This document shows, in pieces, positions 28,938-42,291 of a DNA stretch of 64,000 nucleotides (position 1 is the stretch's first letter; each line of letters opens with the position of its first letter). The notes beneath the pieces were generated by a model. It had not been told where the DNA came from and ran no database searches. It saw nothing but the letters and a program-made list of their open reading frames with translations. Position numbers and translations under genes: made by a program. Location: positions 3,904,001 to 3,968,000 of the forward strand of contig OY760937.1 of the NCBI GenBank assembly GCA_963664225.1. The letters run 5' to 3'. The DNA comes from Verrucomicrobiia bacterium. GTDB taxonomy: Bacteria; Verrucomicrobiota; Verrucomicrobiia; Limisphaerales; UBA1319.

Positions 28938-29636
28938 ATGCCCAGCAAACGTTATAAAAAGGCCTTGGAATTGGTGGATTCCAAGAAGTCTTATCCCTTG
29001 AAGTCCGCCGTCGAGATTCTGACCAAGTTCCCCAAGGCCAAATTCAATGAGACCGTGGATCTGGCGTTCAAGCTTGGGGTGGATCCCAAGCAGAGCGATC
29101 AGATGGTTCGCGGCACGGTGCCATTGCCTCACGGCAGCGGCAAGGTGGTCCGGGTGCTGGTGTTCGCGAAGAGCGGACCGGCGGCGGATGCGGCGACGGC
29201 CGCAGGGGCGGAATTTGTCGGCTTCGATGACATGATCAAGAAATGCACCGAGGGCTGGACGGATTTCGATGTGGCGATTGCCACGCCGGAGGCGATGGGC
29301 GAGGTGCGCAAGCTGGGCAAGGTGCTTGGGCCGCGCGGTTTGATGCCCAATCCCAAGACGGGCACGGTGACGGAAGACACTGCGAAGGCGGTGAAGGAAG
29401 TCAAGGCGGGCCGCGTCGAGTTCAAGGTGGACAAGGCGGGCAACGTGCATGTGCCGGTGGGCAAGGTGACTTTTGCGCCGGAGCAGATTCAGGAGAATGC
29501 GGCGGCGGTGATTCGCGCCGTGGCCAAGGCGCGGCCTTCGAGTGTGAAGGGCGCCTATATCAATAGTTGCACGGTTTCGGCGACGATGAGTCCGCCGGTG
29601 CGGGTGGATGTGCGGGAATTCATCTCGGCTGTTTAA
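28938..29636 (+). CDS. rplA: 50S ribosomal protein L1
   Basis: LGPRGLMPNPKTGT. Confidence 0.99.
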   Translation: MPSKRYKKALELVDSKKSYPLKSAVEILTKFPKAKFNETVDLAFKLGVDPKQSDQMVRGTVPLPHGSGKVVRVLVFAKSGPAADAATAAGAEFVGFDDMIKKCTEGWTDFDVAIATPEAMGEVRKLGKVLGPRGLMPNPKTGTVTEDTAKAVKEVKAGRVEFKVDKAGNVHVPVGKVTFAPEQIQENAAAVIRAVAKARPSSVKGAYINSCTVSATMSPPVRVDVREFISAV

Positions 29637-29663
29637 TAAGAATTTTCAAGGATTGGATGTATC

Positions 29664-30200
29664 ATGCGTGCTGAAAAGAAATACATTGGCAGCGAATATG
29701 TTGCGCGGCTGAACGCCTCGCCATTTTTCATTATCGTGGATTATCGGGGCCTGGCGGTGCCGCATTTCACTGAATTGCGCAAGCGCCTGACGAAGGCGGG
29801 GGCCGAGATTCATGTCGTTAAGAATTCGATTTTCCGGATCGCGGCGAAGGAAGCCGGCGGCACGGAGTTATCCGGGGAGTTGGCGGGACAACTGGCGATG
29901 GTGACGGGGGCGCAGGATATTTCTGCGACGGCCAAGGTGTTGAAGACCTTCAAGGCGGAGTTTGAGAAGCCGAAGATCCAGTTCGGGTTTTTGGGCAAAC
30001 AACGCCTGGAAGCGGCGGATCTGGTGATTCTGGCGGATCTTCCTTCGATGGATGTGCTGCGTGGAAAGCTGGTGGGTCTGCTGCAAACGCCTGCGACGCG
30101 GGTGGTTCAAGTTTTGTCCACGCCGGCGCAGATGCTGGCGCGTGTGATCAAGGCGCACGCCGAGAAGGCCGAACCGACGGGCGAACCGAAGGCGGAGTAA
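29664..30200 (+). CDS. rplJ: 50S ribosomal protein L10
   Basis: DYRGL..ELR..VVKN..LPS; synteny. Confidence 0.96.
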   Translation: MRAEKKYIGSEYVARLNASPFFIIVDYRGLAVPHFTELRKRLTKAGAEIHVVKNSIFRIAAKEAGGTELSGELAGQLAMVTGAQDISATAKVLKTFKAEFEKPKIQFGFLGKQRLEAADLVILADLPSMDVLRGKLVGLLQTPATRVVQVLSTPAQMLARVIKAHAEKAEPTGEPKAE

Positions 30201-30324
30201 GTTATAATTTTGCGGTTGCCCGGAAAGGGGACTGCGGAAACACAAACAAAGTAAATCGTCGGCGGGCATTTTGCCGGCTTAAATTCCCCGCATATCGCGG
30301 GGGGCGACGAGACGGAAAGGTAAC

Positions 30325-30705
30325 ATGGCGGAATTAGATTCTATTATTGAACAGTTGAGCAAATTGACCGTGATGGAAGCGGCCGATCTGGCGAAGAAGC
30401 TTGAAGAGAAGTGGGGCGTGACGGCGGCGGCTCCTGTGGCTGTGGCGGCGGCGGGTGGCGCGGCAGGCGCTCCGGCAGCGGAAGCCAAGACCGCGTTTGA
30501 CGTGATTCTCGTGTCGGTTCCCGCAGACAAGAAGATTGCGGCGATCAAGGTTGTGCGCGAGCTTAAGGCGGGTCTGGGTCTGGCCGAGGCCAAGAAATTG
30601 GTTGAGGAAGCCCCGAAGCCCATCCTTGAAGGCGCGAATAAGGCTGATGCCGATGCCGCCAAGAAAAAACTGGAGGAAGCTGGCGCCAAGGTTGAAGTGA
30701 AGTAA
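30325..30705 (+). CDS. rplL: 50S ribosomal protein L7/L12
   Basis: [23 protein letters not shown]. Confidence 0.99.
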   Translation: MAELDSIIEQLSKLTVMEAADLAKKLEEKWGVTAAAPVAVAAAGGAAGAPAAEAKTAFDVILVSVPADKKIAAIKVVRELKAGLGLAEAKKLVEEAPKPILEGANKADADAAKKKLEEAGAKVEVK

Positions 30706-30909
30706 TTTAGTTGGTCCGGTGATTTTGTTTTTAACCGGACCTCACCCATTTGGGTCGTTCGCGCGCGATGGGCGCGCGAACGGCCAAAAGGGCGTATAAT
30801 ATAGTTCTTTGCAAGCGAGTCCCTGGCTGAACGCGGGGGGCTGGCTTACTGTCATTTAGAGAGTTTAAGTGTAGTGGTATTGGTCAACTGAGATTTTCGA
30901 GGAAAGAAA

Positions 30910-33900
30910 ATGGCTTTGCGAGCACCAGAGAGAATCAATTTCGGCAAAATCAAAGAGATTATTGCCCCCCCGAACATGATTGAGTTGCAGGTTAACTCTT
31001 ACAAGGAGTTCCTGCAGTTGGATACGCCGCCGTCGCGACGTAAGAACATGGGGTTACAAGCCGTTTTCACGGAGGTTTTTCCGATCGAGAGTTACGATGG
31101 GAAGGTGGTATTGGATTACCGGAGTTACGAGATCGGGGATCCAAAGCTGGATTGGCTGGAGTGCCTGCGCGAGGGAGTGACTTTTGGGGCCCCGCTGCAT
31201 GTGACCTTTATTTTGAAGGATGATGCGGGCGGCAAGGAGGAGAAGGTGTTCATGGGGGAACTGCCTCTGATGACTCCTCAGGGCACGTTTGTGATCAACG
31301 GCGCGGAGCGGGTGATTGTGAGCCAGTTGCATCGTTCGCCGGGTCTGGCCTTTGAGGCGACGCAGCATCCGAACGGGAAGATGCTGCATTCGTTCCGGAT
31401 CATACCGGACCGCGGTTCGTGGTATGAGGCGCAGTTCGACACGAGCGATTTGCTTTATGTTTATCTGGATCGCAAGAAACGGCGCCGGAAGTTTTTGACG
31501 ACGACTTTTTTCCGCGCGCTGGGCTATAATTCGGACGCGGATATTTTGAAGTTGTTCTACGATATCGAGGAGATTTCGATCAAGGATGCGGAGGGTCTGG
31601 AGGATTTGCAGAACAAGGTTCTTGTGGCGGACGCGGTGGATCCGGACAAGGCGATTGTGGTGGCGCGGGCGTTCGAGCCGTTGTCCAAGGCGGTGTTGCG
31701 GCAGATTGCCGAGTTGGGCGTGAACAAGGTCCGCGTGGTCGATACGACGGTGGACGATGGCATTGTCATCAAGTGTCTCAAGAAGGATCCGACGAAGAAT
31801 GAGGAGGAGGCTCTCAAGGATATTTACCGGCGGCTGCGTCCTGGCGATCCGCCGACGGCGGCGAATGCGCGGGCGTTGATCAAGCGGTTGTTTTTCGATC
31901 CCAAGCGGTATGATCTGGGCCGGGTGGGCCGTTACAAGATCAATCAGAAGCTGGGACTCCAGGGCAGCGATGATATTCGCATTCTGACGAAGGAGGATCT
32001 GGTTGCGGCGACGAAGTATTTGTTGCGCCTGAAAAAGGGCGAGGGTTCGCTGGACGATATCGATCATTTGGGCAGTCGGCGCGTGCGCACGGTGGGCGAG
32101 TTGCTGGCCAATCAGTGCCGCGTGGGTCTGGCCCGCACGGAGCGTCTGGTGAAGGAGCGCATGACCTTGTTCGATCAGGGCATGGACTCGATGACGCCGC
32201 AAAAGTTGATTAATCCGAAGGCGTTGTCGGCGGTGATCCGGGATTTCTTCGGGCGCAGCCAGCTTTCGCAGTTCATGGATCAGATCAATCCGCTGGCCGA
32301 ATTGACTCATAAGCGGCGTTTGTCCGCACTTGGGCCTGGCGGGTTGTCACGGGATCGGGCCGGATTTGAGGTGCGCGATGTGCATCCTTCGCATTACGGA
32401 CGCATTTGTCCGATTGAGACGCCTGAAGGACCTAACATTGGTTTGATCGCGTCTCTGGCGACGTTTGCGCGGGTGAATTCTTTTGGATTTATCGAGACTC
32501 CGTACCGGAAGGTGGATAAGGGCCGGGTGATGCAAACGGTGGAGTATCTGACGGCGGACCGGGAGGAGCCGTTCACGATCGCGCAGGCGAATGCGGCGAT
32601 TGACGACAAGGGGCATTTTCTGACGGAGAAGGTGACTTGTCGTTTCAAGGGGGACTTTGTCGATGTGGAGCCGGCCCGGGTGGATTACATGGATGTATCG
32701 CCCAAGCAGTTGGTGTCTGTGGCGGCGGGTTTGATTCCATTTCTGGAGCATGACGACGCGAATCGCGCGTTGATGGGTTCCAACATGCAACGCCAGGCGG
32801 TGCCTTTGCTGGTGACGGAAGCGCCTTTGGTGGCGACCGGCCTGGAGGAGCGGGTGGCGAAGGATTCCTGCGCGGTGATCGTGTCGGAGGAAGGGGGCAA
32901 AGTGGCCTCGGTAACGGCGGACAGGGTTATTGTGACTGCGGATGGGAAGGTTCCCGAGTCCAAGAAGAAGATCAAGCATGATCCTGCGGCGGGTGTTTAC
33001 GTGTATGGTTTGCGCAAGTTCATGCGATCCAATGCGGCGACATGCATCAATCAAAAGGCGCAGGTGGCCCGCGGGGAGACGATCAAGAAGGGGCATGTGA
33101 TTGCGGATGGTCCCTGCACGAGTGGCGGGGAGCTGGCCTTGGGACGCAACATTCTGTGCGCGTTCATGCCATGGAACGGGTATAATTTCGAGGACGCCAT
33201 TTTGATCAGCGAGCGCATTGTCAAGGACGATGTGTTCACGTCGATTCACATCGATGAGTTCGAGGTGGGCGCCCGGGACACGAAGCTGGGGCCGGAGGAA
33301 ATCACGCGGGACATACCCAATCTGGGTGAGGAGGCGTTGAAGAATCTGGGGTCGGACGGGGTGATCCGCATCGGAGCGGAGGTCAAGCCGGGGGACATTC
33401 TGGTGGGCAAGATCACGCCCAAGAGCGAGACGGAACTGGCGCCTGAAGAGCGGTTGTTGCGGGCCATTTTCGGGGAAAAGGCGGCGGACGTGAAGGATAC
33501 TTCGTTAAAGGTTCCCTCGGGCACCTACGGTATCGTCATGGATGTCAAGGTTTCGTCGAAGAAAGAGGTGGAACGCACGGCGAAGGTGGTGGTGGCGCCG
33601 GACGCCAAGAAGCACAGCAAGCAGGTGCTCGAAGAGTTCAAGGGGAAGATGGATGAACTGCGCGAGCAATTGACGGACGCGCTGAGCAATATTTTGCTGG
33701 GTGAGAAGATTCCGCTGGATGTGGTGAATTCCGAGACGGGCGAGATCATCATTCCCGCGAATCGGAAGATCACGAAGACCCTGTTGCGCAAGTTGGCGGT
33801 GGTTTACGATCGCATCGAGATCGATCCTTCGCCGATTCGCAACAAGATCAACGAGATCATCGGGGCGTATAAGAAGAAATTCGACGATTTGCAGATGCAG

Positions 33901-34728
33901 CACGACGAGGAGATCGACCGGATCGAGTCGGGAGACGATGTGGATCCGGGGATCATCAAGTCGGTGAAGGTGTATATCGCCTCGAAGCGCAAGCTTTCGG
34001 TGGGTGACAAGATGGCGGGACGGCACGGTAACAAGGGTGTCGTGGCCAAGATTGTGGCCGAAGAGGACATGCCATTCCTGGCGGATGGAACGGCGATGGA
34101 CATTGTGCTGAATCCGTTGGGCGTGCCATCGCGCATGAATGTGGGGCAGGTGTTGGAGACGCACTTGGGCTGGGCGGCGCGGTTGCTGGGATTGCGCTTT
34201 GCGACGCCGGTGTTCGACGGCATCAAAGAGAAGGACATCCGCGGTTTCCTGAAGCAGGCGAATCTGCCGGAGCATGCGAAGATCAAGCTTTTCGACGGGC
34301 GCACCGGCGAGTCATTCAACCAGGAAGTGGTGGTTGGGTACATTTACATGATGAAGCTGGGCCATTTGGTGGCGGACAAGATTCATGCCCGTGCCGTGGG
34401 GCCGTATTCGCTGGTGACACAGCAGCCGTTGGGCGGCAAGGCTCAATACGGCGGCCAGCGCTTCGGCGAAATGGAAGTGTGGGCGATGGAGGCTTATGGA
34501 GCCGCTTACACGTTGCAGGAATTGCTGACTGTCAAGTCCGACGATGTGCAGGGCCGCACGCGCATTTACGAGAGCATTGTCAAGGGCGACAACTCGCTGG
34601 AGGCCGGGGTGCCCGAGTCCTTCAACGTGCTGGTCAAGGAAATGCAGTCGCTGGGTCTGGATGTGAAGGTCGGATACACCAACCCGCAGGATCAGCCGGC
34701 GCAGGCCGCGACTCTGGCAGCGATATAA
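30910..34728 (+). CDS. rpoB: DNA-directed RNA polymerase subunit beta
   Basis: [52 protein letters not shown]. Confidence 0.99.
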   Translation: MALRAPERINFGKIKEIIAPPNMIELQVNSYKEFLQLDTPPSRRKNMGLQAVFTEVFPIESYDGKVVLDYRSYEIGDPKLDWLECLREGVTFGAPLHVTFILKDDAGGKEEKVFMGELPLMTPQGTFVINGAERVIVSQLHRSPGLAFEATQHPNGKMLHSFRIIPDRGSWYEAQFDTSDLLYVYLDRKKRRRKFLTTTFFRALGYNSDADILKLFYDIEEISIKDAEGLEDLQNKVLVADAVDPDKAIVVARAFEPLSKAVLRQIAELGVNKVRVVDTTVDDGIVIKCLKKDPTKNEEEALKDIYRRLRPGDPPTAANARALIKRLFFDPKRYDLGRVGRYKINQKLGLQGSDDIRILTKEDLVAATKYLLRLKKGEGSLDDIDHLGSRRVRTVGELLANQCRVGLARTERLVKERMTLFDQGMDSMTPQKLINPKALSAVIRDFFGRSQLSQFMDQINPLAELTHKRRLSALGPGGLSRDRAGFEVRDVHPSHYGRICPIETPEGPNIGLIASLATFARVNSFGFIETPYRKVDKGRVMQTVEYLTADREEPFTIAQANAAIDDKGHFLTEKVTCRFKGDFVDVEPARVDYMDVSPKQLVSVAAGLIPFLEHDDANRALMGSNMQRQAVPLLVTEAPLVATGLEERVAKDSCAVIVSEEGGKVASVTADRVIVTADGKVPESKKKIKHDPAAGVYVYGLRKFMRSNAATCINQKAQVARGETIKKGHVIADGPCTSGGELALGRNILCAFMPWNGYNFEDAILISERIVKDDVFTSIHIDEFEVGARDTKLGPEEITRDIPNLGEEALKNLGSDGVIRIGAEVKPGDILVGKITPKSETELAPEERLLRAIFGEKAADVKDTSLKVPSGTYGIVMDVKVSSKKEVERTAKVVVAPDAKKHSKQVLEEFKGKMDELREQLTDALSNILLGEKIPLDVVNSETGEIIIPANRKITKTLLRKLAVVYDRIEIDPSPIRNKINEIIGAYKKKFDDLQMQHDEEIDRIESGDDVDPGIIKSVKVYIASKRKLSVGDKMAGRHGNKGVVAKIVAEEDMPFLADGTAMDIVLNPLGVPSRMNVGQVLETHLGWAARLLGLRFATPVFDGIKEKDIRGFLKQANLPEHAKIKLFDGRTGESFNQEVVVGYIYMMKLGHLVADKIHARAVGPYSLVTQQPLGGKAQYGGQRFGEMEVWAMEAYGAAYTLQELLTVKSDDVQGRTRIYESIVKGDNSLEAGVPESFNVLVKEMQSLGLDVKVGYTNPQDQPAQAATLAAI

Positions 34729-34771
34729 TCCGGCAGCAATTTTGAATCCCTGATAGACGTTGGAAAATGTT

Positions 34772-37700
34772 ATGATTAACGCCAAAGAAAACGCCCGTGA
34801 GATGCTGGGTTTGGAAAAGGTCAACCAGGTGGATCATGTGTCCATCGCGGTGGCTTCTCCAGAGACCATCCGGTCCTGGTCCAAAGGCGAGGTTAAGAAT
34901 CCTGAGACGATCAATTACCGCACGTTCAAGCCGGAAAAGGGTGGGTTGTTCTGTGAGCGGATTTTCGGTCCTGTCAAAGATTGGGAGTGTTCCTGCGGGA
35001 AGTATAAACGGATCAAGCATCGCGGGGTGGTTTGCGATCGTTGCGGCGTGGAGGTGACACTTTCGCGGGTGCGGCGGGAGCGGATGGGGCATATCGAGCT
35101 GGCGGTGCCGGTGTCGCACATCTGGTTTTTCAAGTGCATGCCGTCCCGTCTGGGGTTGGTGCTGGACATGACGGCGCGGGATCTGGAGCGGGTGATTTAT
35201 TACGAGGATTATCTCGTGATCGATCCGGGCAGCACGCCTTTGAAGCAGCATCAGCTTTTGAGCGAGGTGGAGTATCGGGAAGCGCGCGAGACTTACGGCG
35301 CCGAGGCGTTTGTGGCGAAGATGGGCGCCGAGGGGGTGCGTGACGCGCTGGCCAAGGTGGTTTTGCCGAGCCAGGTCGATGCGTTGCAGATTGCAATGAC
35401 GGAGACCAAGAGCAAGCAAATCCGCAAGAAGCTGGCCAAGCGGATCAAGATTGTCCAGGGCTTCATGATTTCCAAGAGCCGGCCGGAGTGGATGATTCTG
35501 ACGGTGCTGCCGGTGATTCCGCCGGATTTGCGTCCGCTGGTTCCGCTGGAAGGCGGACGGTTTGCGACGTCGGATTTGAATGATCTTTATCGCCGGGTGA
35601 TTAATCGTAATAACCGGTTGAGGAATCTTTTGCAGCTCAAGACGCCGGAGGTGATCATTCGCAATGAGAAGCGGATGTTGCAGGAGGCGGTGGATGCGTT
35701 GCTGGACAATGGCCGCCACGGGCGCGCTGTGACGGGCGCGGGCAATCGTCCCCTGAAATCGTTGAGCGACATGCTCAAGGGCAAGAGCGGACGTTTCCGT
35801 CAGAATTTGCTGGGCAAGCGCGTGGATTATTCGGGTCGTTCGGTCATCGTGATCGGGCCGGAGCTCAAGCTCAGCCAGTGCGGTCTGCCCAAGAAGATGG
35901 CGTTGGTGCTTTTTGAGCCGTTCATCATCCGCCGGCTCAAGGAATTGGGCTATGTGCATACGGTGCGCTCGGCCAAGAAGATGATCGAGCGGCAGTCCGC
36001 AGAGGTGTGGGATGTGCTGGAGGAAGTGACGAAGGGGCATCCGGTGATGCTGAACCGCGCGCCGACGCTGCATCGTTTGTCGATTCAGGCGTTCGAGCCG
36101 GTGCTCATCGAGGGCGAGGCGATCCGCATTCATCCGCTGGTCTGCACGGCTTATAACGCGGATTTCGACGGCGATCAGATGGCGGTGCATGTGCCGTTGT
36201 CGGTGGAGGCGCAGATGGAGGCGCGTCTGTTGATGATGGCGCCGAACAATATTTTCAGTCCTTCGAGCGGCAAGCCGATCATGACGCCGACGCAGGATAT
36301 CACGCTGGGCTGTTATTACATGACGGCCAATCCGCGCGAGGTGGCGTATCCAACGGGGAAGTCGAAGATGCGGCTGTTTGGCAACAAGTTCGAGGCGATG
36401 TTTGCCCTTGCGGACGGCGCGGTGGGGATGCACGAGCGGGTGTTGCTGGCGAATCCCGATTTGGGGACGAAGACGGTGTATGGGGATTCTGAGAAGAAGG
36501 TGATCGAGACGACGGTGGGCCGGGTGATGTTCAGCGAAATCTGGCCGCCGGAGCTGGGTTTTCCGAACAAGCAGGTGGGCAAACCCCAGATTGGGGAGTT
36601 GATCTGGACTTGTTACAAGGTCTGCGGGCACGAGAAGACGGTGATCATGCTCGACAAGCTCAAGGAGTTGGGCTTCAGCGAGGCGACTCGCGCGGGGGTG
36701 TCGATCGGCATCGACGACATGATTATTCCGAAGGAAAAGGGGCACGAGATCGAGGCGGCTCAGAAGCAGATCAACGAGGTCGAGAAGCAATACCGCAAGG
36801 GTATCATCACGACGGTTGAGCGTTACAACAAGATCATCGACATCTGGACGCATTGCACCGACCAGATCGCCAATGTCATGCTCAAGACCCTGGAGCAGAA
36901 TCAGGGCAAGAAGGAGTATAATCCTTTGTGGCTGATGGTGGACTCGGGAGCGCGCGGTAATCGGCAGCAGGTGCGCCAGCTGGCCGGTATTCGCGGTTTG
37001 ATGGCCAAGCCTTCCGGCGACATTATCGAGAAGCCGATTCTGGCGAATTTCCGCGAGGGTCTGACGGTGCTGGAGTATTTCAGTTCGACGCACGGCGCGC
37101 GCAAAGGTCTGGCGGATACGGCGCTCAAGACTGCGGATTCGGGTTACATGACGCGCAAGCTGGTGGATGTGGCCCAGGATGTGATCATCCGGGAGATGGA
37201 TTGCGGCACGTTCAACGGGGTCTGGGTGCAGGCGATTTTCGAGGGCGAGGACGAGGTGGTCAAACTCCACGAGCGGCTGGTGGGCCGCGTTTCCTGCGAT
37301 GACATTGTGGATCCGCGGGATGTGAAGAAGACTCTTGTCAAATCGAACGAGATCATCGATGAGGTGATTGCCAAGGAAATCGAGAGGTCGGGTGTCGAGA
37401 AGGTGAAGATTCGTTCGGTGCTGACCTGCGAGAGCAAGCGCGGGGTGTGCGTGTCCTGTTACGGGCGCAATCTGGCGACGGGCGACATGGTCAAGCTGGG
37501 CGAGGCGGTGGGCATTGTGGCGGCCCAGTCGATTGGCGAGCCGGGCACGCAGTTGACGATGCGCACATTCCACATCGGTGGAACGGCGTCGCAGGTGTTC
37601 AAGCAGCCGCAGATCAAGGCCAAGCACGACGGGAAGATTCGTTTCAACGATTTGCGTCTGGTGGAACTGGAGGACGGCAACAATATTGTTTTGAACAAGA

Positions 37701-38920
37701 ACGGCTCGATCAGCGTTGTGGCGGATGATGGCCGTGAACTCGAGGCGCACACGGTGGTGATTGGCGCGGTCATCACGGCTGCGAACGGGAGCATGATCAA
37801 GAAGGGCGACATGTTCGTGCAGTGGGATCCGTACAACGTTCCGATTCTTTCTGAAAAAGCCGGGCGTGTGCAGTTCCAGGACATCATCGAGGGTGTGACG
37901 ATGAAGCAGGAGCTGGATGTGACTACGAGCCAGGAGGCCATGGTCATCATCGAGCACAAGGAGGATTTGCATCCGCAGGTGAACATTCTGGACGAGCAGG
38001 GCGATCAGATTGCCGGTTTCCCGATTCCGTCGGGCGCGCACATTGTGGTGTCCGAAGGGGTGAAGGTGATTGCGGGAACGCTCCTGGCGAAGACTCCGCG
38101 CAAGACTTCGAAGACCAAGGACATTACGGGCGGTTTGCCTCGCGTGGCGGAGTTGTTTGAGGCGCGGCGTCCCAAGGATGCGGCGGAGATCTCGAAGATC
38201 GACGGTCTGGTGGATTTTGGTCCGACGGTGCGCGGCAAGCGCAGCATTCTGATCAAGGATCCGAAGACCAATTTCGAGGAGGAGCACCTGGTGCCGATCG
38301 GCAAGCACGTGATTGTCTATAAGGGCGATTTTGTGAAGAAAGGCCAGCAGCTTACGGAAGGTCCGGTTGTGCCTCATGAGATTTTGGATGTCTGCGGCCC
38401 GCAAGAGTTGCAGGAACATCTGGTCAACGAGGTTCAAGAGGTTTATCGTCTGCAAGGTGTAACGATTAACGACAAGCACATTGAGATCATTGTGCGGCAG
38501 ATGTTGCGCAAGGTGCGGATCACGGAGCCTGGGGATACGTTATTTTTGTGGGGCGAGCAGGTGGACAAGATCGCCTTTGAGAATGAGAACCAGCGTGTGG
38601 ACAAGATGGGTGGCAAGCCTGCTGAGGCGCAACCCGTGCTGCTGGGCATCACCAAGGCTTCTCTGGAGACGGATAGTTTCCTGAGCGCGGCATCGTTCCA
38701 GGACACCACGCGTGTGCTGACTGAGGCTGCGACGATGGGACGGGTGGATATTCTGCGTGGTTTCAAGGAGAATGTGATCATGGGTCACATTATTCCTGCG
38801 GGAAGCGGATTTAATATTCACCGGGATTTGAAATTGAACGCTCTTGTGGAAGCTCCTGAAGAAGAGGAAGTTACAGAAGAGGCTGCAGCGGATTCTGGTT
38901 TGGAACCGCTGTTGGGTTGA
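34772..38920 (+). CDS. rpoC: DNA-directed RNA polymerase subunit beta'
   Basis: NADFDGDQM catalytic motif; Zn-finger CSCGKYK..CDRC. ATG at 34772 preferred over TTG at 34760. Confidence 0.99.
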   Translation: MINAKENAREMLGLEKVNQVDHVSIAVASPETIRSWSKGEVKNPETINYRTFKPEKGGLFCERIFGPVKDWECSCGKYKRIKHRGVVCDRCGVEVTLSRVRRERMGHIELAVPVSHIWFFKCMPSRLGLVLDMTARDLERVIYYEDYLVIDPGSTPLKQHQLLSEVEYREARETYGAEAFVAKMGAEGVRDALAKVVLPSQVDALQIAMTETKSKQIRKKLAKRIKIVQGFMISKSRPEWMILTVLPVIPPDLRPLVPLEGGRFATSDLNDLYRRVINRNNRLRNLLQLKTPEVIIRNEKRMLQEAVDALLDNGRHGRAVTGAGNRPLKSLSDMLKGKSGRFRQNLLGKRVDYSGRSVIVIGPELKLSQCGLPKKMALVLFEPFIIRRLKELGYVHTVRSAKKMIERQSAEVWDVLEEVTKGHPVMLNRAPTLHRLSIQAFEPVLIEGEAIRIHPLVCTAYNADFDGDQMAVHVPLSVEAQMEARLLMMAPNNIFSPSSGKPIMTPTQDITLGCYYMTANPREVAYPTGKSKMRLFGNKFEAMFALADGAVGMHERVLLANPDLGTKTVYGDSEKKVIETTVGRVMFSEIWPPELGFPNKQVGKPQIGELIWTCYKVCGHEKTVIMLDKLKELGFSEATRAGVSIGIDDMIIPKEKGHEIEAAQKQINEVEKQYRKGIITTVERYNKIIDIWTHCTDQIANVMLKTLEQNQGKKEYNPLWLMVDSGARGNRQQVRQLAGIRGLMAKPSGDIIEKPILANFREGLTVLEYFSSTHGARKGLADTALKTADSGYMTRKLVDVAQDVIIREMDCGTFNGVWVQAIFEGEDEVVKLHERLVGRVSCDDIVDPRDVKKTLVKSNEIIDEVIAKEIERSGVEKVKIRSVLTCESKRGVCVSCYGRNLATGDMVKLGEAVGIVAAQSIGEPGTQLTMRTFHIGGTASQVFKQPQIKAKHDGKIRFNDLRLVELEDGNNIVLNKNGSISVVADDGRELEAHTVVIGAVITAANGSMIKKGDMFVQWDPYNVPILSEKAGRVQFQDIIEGVTMKQELDVTTSQEAMVIIEHKEDLHPQVNILDEQGDQIAGFPIPSGAHIVVSEGVKVIAGTLLAKTPRKTSKTKDITGGLPRVAELFEARRPKDAAEISKIDGLVDFGPTVRGKRSILIKDPKTNFEEEHLVPIGKHVIVYKGDFVKKGQQLTEGPVVPHEILDVCGPQELQEHLVNEVQEVYRLQGVTINDKHIEIIVRQMLRKVRITEPGDTLFLWGEQVDKIAFENENQRVDKMGGKPAEAQPVLLGITKASLETDSFLSAASFQDTTRVLTEAATMGRVDILRGFKENVIMGHIIPAGSGFNIHRDLKLNALVEAPEEEEVTEEAAADSGLEPLLG

Positions 38921-39029
38921 AAAAAAGTATAAAATAATGCAATTATTAGTTGCAGCGGAAGGTTGGGTTGGTAATATCCCCACTCCGTTTCCCAAAAAAC
39001 AGGGAAAACTTTAAATTGGATACAGAGAA

Positions 39030-39431
39030 ATGCCGACTATAAATCAACTCGTCCGTTTCGGACGCAGTAAATTGCGTGTCAAATCCAAGGCTCCGGCCCT
39101 GGAGAATGCGCCGTTCCGTCGCGGGGTATGTCTGCAGGTGATGACCCGCACGCCCAAGAAGCCGAATTCGGCCATGCGAAAAGTGGCCAAGGTGCGTTTG
39201 TCCAACGGATTCGAGGTGATCGCGTATATCCCGGACGAGGGGCACAATTTGCAGGAGCACTCGATTGTGCTGGTGCGGGGCGGTCGCGTAAAGGATTTGC
39301 CGGGTGTCCGTTATCATATTGTGCGGGGCACACTGGATGCGACCGGAGTGGAGAAGCGCCGTGTGAGTCGTTCCAAGTATGGTGTCAAGCGGCCCAAGGC
39401 GGGCGCGAAGGCGGCGGTCAAAGCGGCCTAA
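39030..39431 (+). CDS. rpsL: 30S ribosomal protein S12
   Basis: [18 protein letters not shown]. Confidence 0.99.
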   Translation: MPTINQLVRFGRSKLRVKSKAPALENAPFRRGVCLQVMTRTPKKPNSAMRKVAKVRLSNGFEVIAYIPDEGHNLQEHSIVLVRGGRVKDLPGVRYHIVRGTLDATGVEKRRVSRSKYGVKRPKAGAKAAVKAA

Positions 39432-39468
39432 TGTAATTTAACCCAAAGCCTGATAATCTGAATCATTT

Positions 39469-39942
39469 ATGTCTCGTCGTCGTCGTGCGGTAAAAAGACC
39501 GATTGTTGAGGATGCAAAGTTTCACAGTGTTCTGGTGACCCGATTGGTCAATACTGTGATGAAGTGGGGTCAAAAGAGTGTGGCTCAGCGCATTGTTTAC
39601 GATGCCTTGGATCAGATTCTGACCAAGAGCCAGGTTGCGGATCCTCTGGAAGTGTTTCAACGGGCGGTCGATAACGCCAAGCCGCGTCTGGAAGTCAAGG
39701 CGCGTCGCGTGGGCGGGGCCACTTATCAGGTGCCTTTGGAAGTTTCCGTGGAGCGGCAAACCTCTCTGGCATTGCGCTGGATTGTGGATCTGGCGAATGC
39801 GCGCAAGGGGACGCCGATGAAAGAGGCGCTGGCTGTGGAGATCATGGAAGCGGCCCAGGGCAGTGGCAATGCGATTCGCAAACGCGATGAGGTGCATAAG
39901 ATGGCGCAGGCGAACAAAGCTTTTGCGCATTTTCGTTGGTAA
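39469..39942 (+). CDS. rpsG: 30S ribosomal protein S7
   Basis: RRVGGATYQVP, ANKAFAHFRW. Confidence 0.99.
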   Translation: MSRRRRAVKRPIVEDAKFHSVLVTRLVNTVMKWGQKSVAQRIVYDALDQILTKSQVADPLEVFQRAVDNAKPRLEVKARRVGGATYQVPLEVSVERQTSLALRWIVDLANARKGTPMKEALAVEIMEAAQGSGNAIRKRDEVHKMAQANKAFAHFRW

Positions 39943-39957
39943 AAATTTTGACGGAAT

Positions 39958-39994
39958 ACGCCCCGTGGTTGGTTGGATGATGGGGCGTTTTTTT
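39958..39994 (+). terminator. Terminator-like hairpin between rpsG and fusA
   Basis: ACGCCCCGT..ATGGGGCGT followed by TTTTTT. Confidence 0.6.
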
Positions 39995-40007
39995 GTCTGT
40001 GAATAGA

Positions 40008-42263
40008 ATGGAAGTTTTAGTGGACATCGCAGGAACAAATAAACCGAACGTTACGGAAGGACAGCAGGCCAAGGCCGGCGTGTCTAAAAGCACCAAGGCG
40101 GAAGCCAAGAAGGCGGCCAGCGGTTCGGGGCGCCAGTACGAGTTGTGCAATACGCGTAATATCGGCATTGCCGCGCACATCGATGCGGGCAAGACGACGA
40201 CGACGGAGCGCATCCTGTTCTATACGGGTCTGACTCATCGGATGGGGGACGTGGACGATGGCAACACGGTGACGGACTGGATGGAGCAGGAGCGCGAGCG
40301 TGGCATCACGATCACTTCCGCAGCCATCAGTTGTTATTGGACCCAGAAGGAAGAGGGTCTTAACAAGCTGTTCACGGGGATTGCGCATCGGGTGAACATT
40401 ATCGACACTCCAGGGCATGTGGATTTCACGGCCGAGGTGGAGCGTTCGATGCGTGTTTTGGATGGCGCGGTGGCGGTGTTCTGCGGGGTGGCGGGTGTGC
40501 AGCCGCAGTCGGAGACGGTATGGCGGCAGGCAACCAAGTATGGGGTTCCGCGCATTGCGTTTGTGAATAAGATGGACCGCACGGGCGCCAATTTTGAGAA
40601 TGCGGTTTTGGAGATGCGCAAGAAGCTTGGGGCTTATGCTTATCCGGTGTCGATTCCGATCGGCAAGGAGGATTATTTGACGGGTGTCATCGATCTGATC
40701 AGTCAGAAGGCCATCATCTATGATGAAAAGGATGAGATGGGTCTTAAGTATGATGTGACGGAGATTCCGGAGGAGTTGAAGGAGCAGGCGAAGACGGCTT
40801 TGAAGGAGTTGATCGACGCGGTTGCCAACAAGGATGACGCGGTTGCCGAGTTGGTGATCGAGGACAAGCCGGTGAGTATCGATTTGTTGAAGAATACGAT
40901 TCGGCGGTTGACCTGCGCCAATGAATTTATTCCGGTTATCGGCGGTTCGGCCTTTAAAAAGCGCGGTGTCCAGCCTTTGGTGGATGCGGTGATCGATTAT
41001 TTGCCTTCGCCGCTTGACATCCCTCCGGCCAAGGGTCAGGATGCGAACGATCAGACTCAAACAGTGGAGATTCTGCCTGACGACAGCAAGCCGTTTTGTT
41101 CGCTGGCCTTCAAGCTCTGGAGTGATCCTTTTGTTGGTAAGTTGGTATTTTTCCGGGTTTATTCGGGAAAGATCACGAAGGGCGACATGATTTATAATCC
41201 GCGCACGCACAAGCGTGAGCGGGTGAGCCGGGTGTTGATGATCCAGGCGGATAAGCGGGTGGATATGGATACGGTGTTTGCCGGTGAGATTGCGGCGCTG
41301 GTCGGTTTGCGCAATATCACGACGGGGGACACTTTGTGCGATGAGGATCACGCGGTGTTGCTGGAGCCGCCGACGTTCCCGGATCCGGTGATTTCGATGG
41401 CTGTGGAGCCCAAGACGCACGCGGACCGGGACAAATTGTCGGTCGGTTTGCAGCGTCTGGCGGAAGAAGATCCGACGTTCCGTTGCTACACGAACGAGGA
41501 AACCGGGCAATTGATTATTGCGGGAATGGGCGAGTTGCATCTGGAAATCATTCGGGACCGTTTGTTCCGTGAGTTCAAGGTGGAGGCGAATTCGGGCGCA
41601 CCGCAGATTGCCTATCGTGAAACGATCACGAAGGCGGCCGAGGGTGTTGGCAAGTTCATTCGTCAATCGGGTGGCCGGGGTCAGTATGGTCATGCGGTGG
41701 TCACGATTGAGCCCAACGAGCGGGGCAAGGGAATTGTGGTTGAGAACAAGATCGTGGGCGGTGCGATTCCAAAGGAATACATCCCGGCGGTCATCAATGG
41801 TGTCGAGGAAGCGATTTCGGGCGGTGTGCTGGCGGGTTTCCCGCTGGTGGATGTGAAGGTGCAGATCATCGATGGTACTTTCCACGAAGTGGATTCGAAT
41901 GAGCTGGCGTTCAAGATGGCGGGTATTTTCGCCTTCAAGGATGCGGCGAAGAAGGCTGGTCTGGTGTTGTTGGAACCGATCATGAAGGTGGAGGTGACGA
42001 CGCCGGACGAGTATCAGGGCGATTTGCTTGGGGATTTGAACCGCCGTCGCGGTCGCATTAATGCGATTGAGGCGAAGAATCAGGCGACGGTGCTCAATGC
42101 GCATGTGCCGCTGGCGGAGTTGTTCGGATATGCAACGATCATTCGTTCGCTGTCCAAGGGACGCGCGGGGTATTCGATGGAGCCATCGCATTTTGAACAG
42201 GTGCCGAGTCAGATTTTGACTGCGATTCTGGACTCGAACAAGCCCAAGGCGGCGCGCACGTAA
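40008..42263 (+). CDS. fusA: Elongation factor G
   Basis: [39 protein letters not shown]. Start uncertain (ATG 40008 or GTG 40020). Confidence 0.98.
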   Translation: MEVLVDIAGTNKPNVTEGQQAKAGVSKSTKAEAKKAASGSGRQYELCNTRNIGIAAHIDAGKTTTTERILFYTGLTHRMGDVDDGNTVTDWMEQERERGITITSAAISCYWTQKEEGLNKLFTGIAHRVNIIDTPGHVDFTAEVERSMRVLDGAVAVFCGVAGVQPQSETVWRQATKYGVPRIAFVNKMDRTGANFENAVLEMRKKLGAYAYPVSIPIGKEDYLTGVIDLISQKAIIYDEKDEMGLKYDVTEIPEELKEQAKTALKELIDAVANKDDAVAELVIEDKPVSIDLLKNTIRRLTCANEFIPVIGGSAFKKRGVQPLVDAVIDYLPSPLDIPPAKGQDANDQTQTVEILPDDSKPFCSLAFKLWSDPFVGKLVFFRVYSGKITKGDMIYNPRTHKRERVSRVLMIQADKRVDMDTVFAGEIAALVGLRNITTGDTLCDEDHAVLLEPPTFPDPVISMAVEPKTHADRDKLSVGLQRLAEEDPTFRCYTNEETGQLIIAGMGELHLEIIRDRLFREFKVEANSGAPQIAYRETITKAAEGVGKFIRQSGGRGQYGHAVVTIEPNERGKGIVVENKIVGGAIPKEYIPAVINGVEEAISGGVLAGFPLVDVKVQIIDGTFHEVDSNELAFKMAGIFAFKDAAKKAGLVLLEPIMKVEVTTPDEYQGDLLGDLNRRRGRINAIEAKNQATVLNAHVPLAELFGYATIIRSLSKGRAGYSMEPSHFEQVPSQILTAILDSNKPKAART

Positions 42264-42291
42264 TCGAAAAAAATTGACGGTTATTTAAGTT

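Noticed and set aside
32240..32345. Rifampicin-resistance substitutions in RpoB
   Set aside because: Key cluster I residues (Q, D, H, S equivalents) are wild type.
34634..38479. 1281-aa antisense ORF over rpoC, and similar long antisense ORFs over fusA, rpoB, purF, purL and tuf
   Set aside because: These are shadow ORFs produced by strong codon bias in GC-rich, highly expressed genes. They show no protein motifs and fully overlap essential genes.
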